A stretch of DNA of 64,000 bases from NCBI GenBank assembly GCA_010015585.1, contig ML975155.1. One strand, 5' to 3'. Positions 56,167 to 64,000 of this stretch are shown here, piece by piece. This stretch comes from Eremomyces bilateralis CBS 781.70. Taxonomy: Eukaryota. How positions within the stretch are numbered: position 1 is the stretch's first letter; each line of letters begins with the position of its first letter. Below the pieces are notes generated by a model. It made no database searches, was not told the DNA's origin, and saw only the letters and a list, made by a program, of their open reading frames with translations. A program made the translations under genes and the position numbers.

Positions 56167-58511
56167 CTAGTCTGGCGGTTTATCTCGATCGGCCCAACTG
56201 GGCTGGATCTTCTTACAAACCTGCACGTAATCCTGCCAACGCTCCCGAGGCGACCGCTTTCTCCACCCAGCCTCTTCAACATTGTCTTTCTGCCCCTCGG
56301 TGAGATGTCCCGTCCAGAACATCGTCCAGCCTTCGTCCCGATACTTCGTTGCTGGAGGAGCGGATGCCACCGCGGTTCGATCGCCGCCATCCCCTACTTC
56401 CGTATTCTCCGCCTCTGCTGCAATGGGGATCTTCCAAACTCCCATGGCGCGCTCGAAGTACCATTTGTTGACCGGATTCGTCCGACGACTCCTCCACACC
56501 ACGCCGCCAGGGAAGCAGTCCCGTACCATTGCATTGAATAGGATATCCGCGACGCCGCCGGCGCCTTGACTCCGCTTCAACACCGCGAACTTGTCAAGGT
56601 AGGGAACTGGCGGGATGTTGCTGTCTCCAGGACACGGTTCCTCCCAGGTGAGAATCGCGCCGCCTTCGTATTCTCCAGCAACGATGACTCCTGCTATTCT
56701 CCCTTTGATGCGATCCAAATAGTGCTTGGCGTCGAGCGGACGGCTGAAGCTGTCCTCGATGAGATATTTAAGTCGTGCTAGGTCGATGCGAGGATCGTCT
56801 TTTAAACTTAGGGTCGTGCCTTCGAGGCCTGGAGGCCTCCATGGTTCGTCCAAGGGATCAGGGATGATCGTAACCGGCACTCCTTTCTTCAAGAATGTTG
56901 CCGGCACGGGATTCAAAGCAGATGTCGATGACGTGCTATGCGAATCCGGCAGCCGGGCATGTGGCAAGGATGCTGAGAGCACTGGCTTATCTGTGAGTAG
57001 ATTGTGAATGAGTGGGTTACGCAGTCGCCGAGTCCGAACCCCGCCGCTTTCGGATTTCTCGATGAACGGTTTCGCGGAGGCGGCTACTTCTAATGGAGAG
57101 ACGATCAACGCTGACGACGTTGGGGGAAGGAAAGAGAGCGCGGAGTGGACTAGGTCGAGGTTCTTGGCGTGATGCGATAGGACTCTGGAAGGAGTCGGAA
57201 TTTCAGGTCGCATGCCGGGACTTGGGTCCCGGATTGCCGTATCATACTCGAGAAACCGAGTAAACGGATTGCTGAACCCGAATACCGTGCCATGCTGCTT
57301 CTTAGCCTCATCAATAGATAGACTTTCCTCAGAATTCTCCGAGCCCGCACGTAAAGCGCGGCGAATAATCTCGTATTCCTGCGCAAGATTGATGAAGATA
57401 TGCGGCTGCTCCTCTTTTCGGATGGCGGGTATGCCGCCCAGTGGGTCGAGCACGATGATACGATCGAGCGACATCACGGAGCTGGACTCTCGCCCCTGTC
57501 GAAGATAATCGTCCTCGGCGGTCGGCTGGTCGATACCGGCAAACCGTCTCGCCAACGCAAGGACCACGCTGTTTGGTTCGACGCGGCGGGCGTGATACGG
57601 ATCTCCGCTCCAGGCTAGGGGGATGATGACTGGCAAGGTTCCCTCGCGGAGAGCATTGAGCAAGAACCGGGAATACTTGACGTATATATCTCCTCGAACA
57701 GGTGCGGACTGCGGGATCGGTTCCGTGGGCGAGGTGCGCACCCCCATGACCTCGTCAATGACAAATGATGGCCTTTCATGTTTCTGAATCGCATTCGCGA
57801 TGCGATACCCCTGCTCCAGTTCCAGTTGACGCCATTTGGCGAAACTGAGCTCCCCTCCGGCAATCTGATCGCAGTCCACAACGACGGCGCTGTACATCCC
57901 TAGCCTCGCTAACTGCGAGATTGTCCGTCCGATCCCGTCGACAGCCTCATCGTCGAGGAGCTGCGGGCAGAAGACCTTCACAATGGAGATATGAAGAGGA
58001 CCTGGCTCGGACGCCGGAGAAATTCTGTCGGGTAGCTGTGTCTGTTGGGAGAAGACAGGGCTGGATGCAATAGCTCTCGCTGAGCCGAATAGCTCGCCGA
58101 GGTTCACACCGCTCTTCTTCAGCCGTGCACGACGTTCTTGCTCCAGATTGTCACCCGTGCTGGATTTGTCGCCCTTCTTAGAGCCATCGTCGTTAAAACG
58201 TGAGAGGAACCCTTTTGCGTCTCGTTTCGTGGCCGTCGAGCTAAGGACGGAATAGAAGAACTCTCGGTCACGCCAGTTTTCCGCGTTCAGATTCTTGCTC
58301 TTGCTCGGGCTGTTATGAGCCGAGGAGAATGAAAAGCCGCATCTTTGAGCCAATTGAGCCGATCTGGAGCTCGGAAGGTCGCTATGAGATATCGTCTGCT
58401 GTCAATTCCTATGGTCAGAAATAATCAAACTGTGAACTTGGGTAGCTCCCCGCTTACCTTTGGTGATGTCAAAACGCGGCTTGAATGCTGAATTGGCCGC
58501 CATGGAGTCAT
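56167..58511 (-). CDS. ARG2: Mitochondrial N-acetylglutamate synthase (amino-acid acetyltransferase)
   Basis: ATKRDAK.FL.RF, LDPLGGIP, PLIHNLLTDKP, YLDKFAV, VWRSR..NPVNKWYFERA; 54-nt first exon (MTPWRPIQHSSRVLTSPK) joins in phase 0. Confidence 0.93.
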
Positions 58512-58614
58512 CCTCCTTGCGTACCACGTATTCCCGAAGCCCATAGAGGGGCATCTTGCGATTTCTAGGATTTTGAAGAGAGAGGAGCTCAAAGACACGA
58601 TGGAAGTCCTGGTC

Positions 58615-58635
58615 GAGTCATGGTGGGTGCGTCAT
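58615..58635 (-). promoter_or_regulatory. Two Gcn4/CpcA-like sites upstream of ARG2
   Basis: ATGACTCG and ATGACGCA on the minus strand, each one mismatch from TGACTCA, upstream of an arginine biosynthesis gene. Confidence 0.5.
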
Positions 58636-58808
58636 TTTTGTCTGTGCTTGAGTTCCATTATTGCCGTTATCGATAAGAAATCATCCAATCTCATGAAACT
58701 TGAATGGATGAGCTTATTATCCACGCTATCATTGCTTATGGTCACATAGGACGTCATTACTTGAATAGGCTATTTAGGACTATTGTTTCTCAAAATCGTA
58801 TCAATACA

Positions 58809-60700
58809 TTAAGCTCCCCCCCTACGCGGAGAAAGAATCGACACCCCCAAGCCACTGTGGTTTCGGAAGGGTGGGAGGTGGATCAACGTTTCTCGCCCCG
58901 GAGGCGATTTCGTACTGTTTTGACCGTCCGAGACACCCTCCATTGGGGTTGGTCGCCAGCATTTCAGCCACTCCCGGAGCGCGTTTGTAAAGTGTCCTCT
59001 GCTGACATCACTGTCGGGGACGCTAGGTATCCGGAGATCATAGCAGTGTTGAGCGTTCTTCAACACCATTCCAAACACCGGCCCTCCTTCCCCTGTGCTC
59101 TCTCCACACTTGGGTATCGCTTGCGTGCTGTTAAATCCGGGAGAGAACCATTCGCCGCTCAACGGCGATAATGTCCGCCAGGGGTCAAACTCGCCGTCTG
59201 TCCAGTAAACATTTGATGGGCGGGTGCTCCAGCCTCCGAAATGCCGGTTTGCTCTCTCCATGTTTGGCCATTCCGGTAACAGGCCGTTCTTATATCCTTC
59301 AGGGAACTGTCGGTTGCAGATGTCTTGCTGGTGCTTCAGGTCATTCCAGCTACTGACCAGTTGGTTGGGTCCGTAGTTGGCGTATTGCAAGAAGCCCCAT
59401 TCCGAGCAGTACTGCCATACCCAGCTGATGTAGTTTGGCTCTGGGAATGGCAGGTTCAGATCACAGTCTGGAGTTGTCTCGGAAGAATTGCGCACGCCTT
59501 CGCACTCGGTGTAGAGGTTGATGTTCACGACGTCTTTGAAGTTGGCCCACTTGCTCCAGCGGTCGACTGTGAATTGGGGGCCTTTGGTCGCTGCCCAACC
59601 CCGTGCTGGTGCGGTCTGGTTTGTGGCAGGATCTGTGGAGATCCAATTGCAGAAGCTTCGTAGGCTATAAGGACCGCCTTCAACACCATAGGACTGCCAA
59701 AGGGCGAAAACTGAATCTCATGTCAGCGTTTGCCTATATAATTCACAGAAGATGGCTCACTGCTTGTTAATGCATCAGCAAATGCCGCATTGGTGTTGTT
59801 CGCTGCACGCCGACCAAGAAAGTCCTCCTTCAGGGTGCTTGATTTCGCCGGATCTACCATGATTCGATCCATGTAGCGAATAGCGGCATGGATGTCCTCC
59901 GTACAATTGCCCCAGCCGTACTTCCGCATACCTCGTGCCACAGTGTCGAAGTAGTAGTTCATAACGACCGAAGCCTGGACCGGTGCAGAGGATGCATAAC
60001 TGGCGAAGATAGTCTCCGGATAGAATTTTCGCATGAAAACCGCTCGCATTCCTGGATATGACCCGCCCAAAAAGATCCAGGGGGTCCCTTTCGGTGTGAG
60101 GTCAACATCCGGGAAGTTCGGCCTAGAAAAGGAGGACGCGAATTCCTTAACATCGGCTAACGCTTGCTCCGTAGTCAAGTATTTGAACGCTTCGGGGGGA
60201 GTATCCAAACCAATTTTTACAGGAAGAGATCTTCCGTAGTACCGGTGTTCCCAGACAATTCCAATTCCACCAAATTCATCAACCAGTTGTTTGAAGAACG
60301 ACGTAGAGCCGGTCAGTCGAAACATGGCGCCGGTTTCTGCGTCAGATTCTCCATTGTCGTAGATGAAAACGGGTCCCCCAGGCTTATATCCAGACTCAGC
60401 AACCCAGAATCGGTTCCGAAACGTTTGTTTGCCCTGGATGGTGCCATTCCCAAAATGATCCAGAGTGAGGGCTACCGATTCTTCCTCGATGTCCTCCTCG
60501 GAGTCGGTCGATGACTGCCTTCTGCCAACATCCGGATTGGGTTGATGGATCGGGTTTCCAATGGAATTCAGGCCCATCTCGGCCAGGAGCTCGTATTTGG
60601 CGGCATTGACGCTGATGCCGATAGCATTAACTAATGATGAGAAGGATACCAAGAGGAATAACAGGCTGATGAAGGGCCGCTGTCTAAGCGAATGTAACAT
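58809..60700 (-). CDS. Secreted serine peptidase, family S28
   Basis: Signal peptide, LDHF, WEHRYYG.S, EQALAD, nucleophile GGSYPG, WVWQYCSEWG, GEFDPW, HCYD; one intron near 59712-59759. Confidence 0.93.
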
Positions 60701-62527
60701 GATTCAAGAAAGAGGCGATGCCAGCGAAGCAGCTATTAAGGCTTGTTCCGGGCCATTGGCCTCGAGGTAGTAGAACTGACGACAAGGTACGAACTTTGAA
60801 GAAACGATTCAGGGCATCAGCGGTCCATATGAGCTGTGAGCAATAGTAGCGTGACTCTCATATTGACAAACTCTAGGCAGCAAGGAAGAAGGAGTGTGGA
60901 TTGAAAGTCCTGAGACGTTTGCGATAGGAAATGTAAGGTCCCGCAAACGGGTCCACGGTCGTCTTAACTGTCATACAAGGGACCGATGTCCAAATTGCAG
61001 CATGATCAAACGACATTAAAATGCCTTGTCGGGCTTGTCGAAAGATCTGATACCCAGGGAGGAAGGACTTACATCGTTTGGACTGTCTGGCAGGACCGAT
61101 GAGTCCCCTGAAGGCCAAGTCACTTTCTACATTGAACGAGCCTTTCCTCAGGCCAAACAGCATGAAATCTCCGCCATCGCGGACGAACACAAGCCGCTTG
61201 GCCGGTGAGCCTGGGCCTTAGAGACCAGGAGATAAATTAATAGATAGCCCTGAGAACAATGGCTCGCCCGTGCCGAATACCGGGCAGACGATGTACGAGA
61301 TTGATATCATATGAAATCCATATTAAGAATGATGGCTAAGCATCAGCGCGACTGCGCTATATCGTTTGGTCTGACGAAATTCGTGGCATCCTGGGCTGTT
61401 CGATCCGCCCAGACCAATTCGTTTGAAACGCTTCGGAGGTCCACCGTCCGCCGCAGGAATCCTTCTCTCTGCAACCATTATTGGTTATATATAGGAGTTC
61501 TTCATCATTATCGATGTTCTGCTTGTTCAATTCCTCAGTTATACGACACCGCCGCCGTAGATTAATTCGTGATTGCATCAGGTGGACTCCTGGGATGTTT
61601 GAGCCTCAAGCCCTCGAAGTCCCTTCACCTGTTCAGAACCTATTTTTATGGGCAATCAAAGAATGAAAATGAGCTCTCTTTACCGTCACATCCACAGAGA
61701 TCGCTCTATCGACCGAATCTGAAAGTCTCGAGTTGCATCGACTTTCGTTCATCTCCTCAGTTGTGCTGAGGATAGAATCTGAAGTCTGTAGCGCGGCGTC
61801 TAGGTGTGAACATCATGTGGCGCAGTCAACCATACCCACTCCAGCCACATATCAACACGGATCTATCCATCTTCAGTTCGTTCATGTTTGGTACATCCTG
61901 ATAAGGAATCTGATTCCATTACCATGCGTGACAAGCAGAGTCTATTACATCCAAGGCTGAAATGAGATTGTTAAGCTGAACCTCCAGTTCCTTTAGAACC
62001 AGACTCCTTGATTTTGCGTGCGAGAGTAATGAGCAGTTCAGGCGATGCCATGCAGATGGCGGGACCGTACCTCCGCCAGGGTCGTAGCTTGAGCGATAAA
62101 ACCTCCAACTCTCTGGACATACTTTCGATATGTCTCGACTTGAATTATTGAATGCGCGTCTGTATGTTGACATGTTGTTCATTGTTGAGGAGGACGGTAA
62201 GCCCTGCTGAGCAGATCACCAATATAAGCCTCGGCTGATTGGACACCCGGTTGCGGTCAACATGCGGGCATGGCAGTGTAACCTGTGTAAGGTACTCCGT
62301 ACATGTCGATGGGTTGGGAATAGCTTTTGGCCGTTGTGATGGCTTCATTTTGCAATATTCCCTTAATTTAAAGAAACCTAGATACTTCAGCGTCCAGAAT
62401 AATTGCTCGTGCAATCAGCGCATTATTTCCCCGGCCTCCTAGTACCGGTAACCTAATACCCGGTCCTACCCTGACCCCACAACTCAGCATTCGCCTGTCA
62501 CCCCAATATCTGAATCCACCGATCCAA

Positions 62528-63139
62528 ATGGAAGACGAAGCCAAGTTCGCCTCCATACCATGGGTATCCAAACTGATTCAAGACCCTCAATGGGTCTCCG
62601 TAACCACCCCATCCCGCATCCCCAAACCCACCGGCGAAGATTCATTTTTCGCGAAGCTTTTAAACTCACCCACCACAATCCCCGGGTACCTGTCACAATA
62701 CCGACGGCCTGATACGGCCATCGCGCACGGGGCGCCGATTTCGAACGACGGGAGCAAACATGAACCCGCGCAGATCAGCGAAGTGCGCACGTTCGTCACC
62801 CTGATGAAGGACCTGGCGGGTCACCCTAATCTCACGCATGGCGGCATCATTGCATCGGTGTTCGACGAAGTCATGGGCGTGATGATCATGATCCGGCTTC
62901 AAGGCGGAAAACCTGAGCACATGGATGTGGGTGGAGGGGGGCTTTTCACGGCGTATATGAACGTGCAATATCTGCGACCGGTCCCGCTCGGGGGCGCGGT
63001 GATGGTGGTGGCGTGGGTGAAGAAGGTGACGGAAGGGAGGAAGTTTTGGATCGAGTCGGAGATGCGGGATGAGGCGGGGACGGTGTTGGCGACGGGCGAG
63101 ACGCTTTACGTGAAGGCGAAGGCGAAGGCGAAGATGTGA
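62528..63139 (+). CDS. Hotdog-fold (PaaI/4HBT-like) acyl-CoA thioesterase
   Basis: GHPNLTHGGIIASVFDEVMG, TAYMNVQYLRPV, EGRKF; C-terminal AKM. Confidence 0.9.
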   Translation: MEDEAKFASIPWVSKLIQDPQWVSVTTPSRIPKPTGEDSFFAKLLNSPTTIPGYLSQYRRPDTAIAHGAPISNDGSKHEPAQISEVRTFVTLMKDLAGHPNLTHGGIIASVFDEVMGVMIMIRLQGGKPEHMDVGGGGLFTAYMNVQYLRPVPLGGAVMVVAWVKKVTEGRKFWIESEMRDEAGTVLATGETLYVKAKAKAKM

Positions 63140-63263
63140 AAGATCGCGGTCGGTCGAAATATACTTGCACCACGACACGGGCGGCATCATGAAGCATTAA
63201 AACCTGTGAATCGGGATCCTTTTTGGATGGATAGACAATATACAGGGGATATCGACAAATCAA

Positions 63264-64000
63264 TCATCTCCAGAGAGCTGGATATGCTCGTTCTAGATAA
63301 TCTCGTTGCGCCTCCCATGCTAGCCAGTCCGAGCGTGTCGTCCTATCCAATGTTAGTGAATCGTCCCGACTATCATATTGATACACATACGGCAATAAAC
63401 CCATCGCGTTGACTTTGTAGATTCCCAGACCCATCAGCAGGATATTCATCAGCACATAGACGATCTTAACCAGCAGCAACCGCGACTTGGTGCCTTCGGT
63501 TTCGAATCGTTGGAAGGCGCCTTGGACATTCATTATGGACTGGATCGGCGTTTTGAACAGCATAAACACCATCATGATGGAGAAGATCTGGAGTGAGTTG
63601 CCGCTCATGTACATGCCTGCGCAAGTTAGAAGGATCCTTCTCTGTATAAGAATAGAGGTATACGATAGGAGTTTATACGTACCGATTGCATTCATGGGTA
63701 TCTGCTTCGCCGGTCCCAGAGCAATCTCCCATGCCTTCTTCACTTTCAATGTGTCCATCTCCTCCGTTGTAGGTGCTTTTCGGGGAGTGGCTTGCTTGGA
63801 CGAGGCGGTTTTCTAGGTCAATATCAGCTACGGCGTTCAAGGGTTCATGCGCTGTGAAGGGCATTACCTTGCTCCCGCCCGAAGCAGAGAACCCCGGGGG
63901 ATCCGGTATATTGGCAGTTTTCGGTTTTGATCCTGGCGTAGAGTTCATGTCAAGAACCCATTGGGGGGGCGGAGGGGGAAGAGGGTTTGGGCCCTGTGAT
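63264..64000 (-). CDS. EMC4: ER membrane protein complex subunit 4 (start lies beyond window)
   Basis: IPDPPGF, LKVKKAWEIALGPAKQIPMN..MYMSGNSLQIFSIMMV, MGLLPTTRSDWL; three introns. Confidence 0.95.

Noticed and set aside
52298..63139. Oxygenase + thioesterase + peptidase as a possible biosynthetic cluster
   Set aside because: No PKS, NRPS, terpene synthase or precursor peptide; interrupted by the core gene ARG2

Overview
Gene-dense eukaryotic DNA from a filamentous ascomycete (Pezizomycotina-type: short GT-AG introns with CTRAY branch points). About 25 mostly housekeeping genes, in order: 3' end of CAF1/POP2, copper amine oxidase, DUF89/ARMT1 phosphatase, SIS1, SAC3, DUF2841, YCF1, Rup1-like UBA protein, PET127, PH/LRR protein, a small three-exon Rcf2/Rcf3-like gene absent from the ORF track, Derlin, NIPA Mg transporter, SKP1, SMP3, a DHA1 MFS transporter, LTV1, a 2OG-Fe(II) oxygenase, two head-to-head disrupted genes (single-pass membrane protein and GT69 mannosyltransferase), ARG2, an S28 peptidase, a hotdog thioesterase and EMC4. 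I recognised no tRNA, rRNA, transposon or CRISPR. There is one 20-N assembly gap. The strongest candidate for an undescribed element is a ~180-nt, heavily base-paired RNA inside an unusually long (352-nt) Derlin intron; it coincides with a possible stop-containing cassette exon whose 5' splice site is buried in an 11-bp stem. Also notable: a CAF1 lacking the last two DEDDh catalytic residues, repeated orientation-independent C-rich to G-rich switches, and an overlapping uORF at ARG2. All family assignments come from motif recognition by eye, not database searches.
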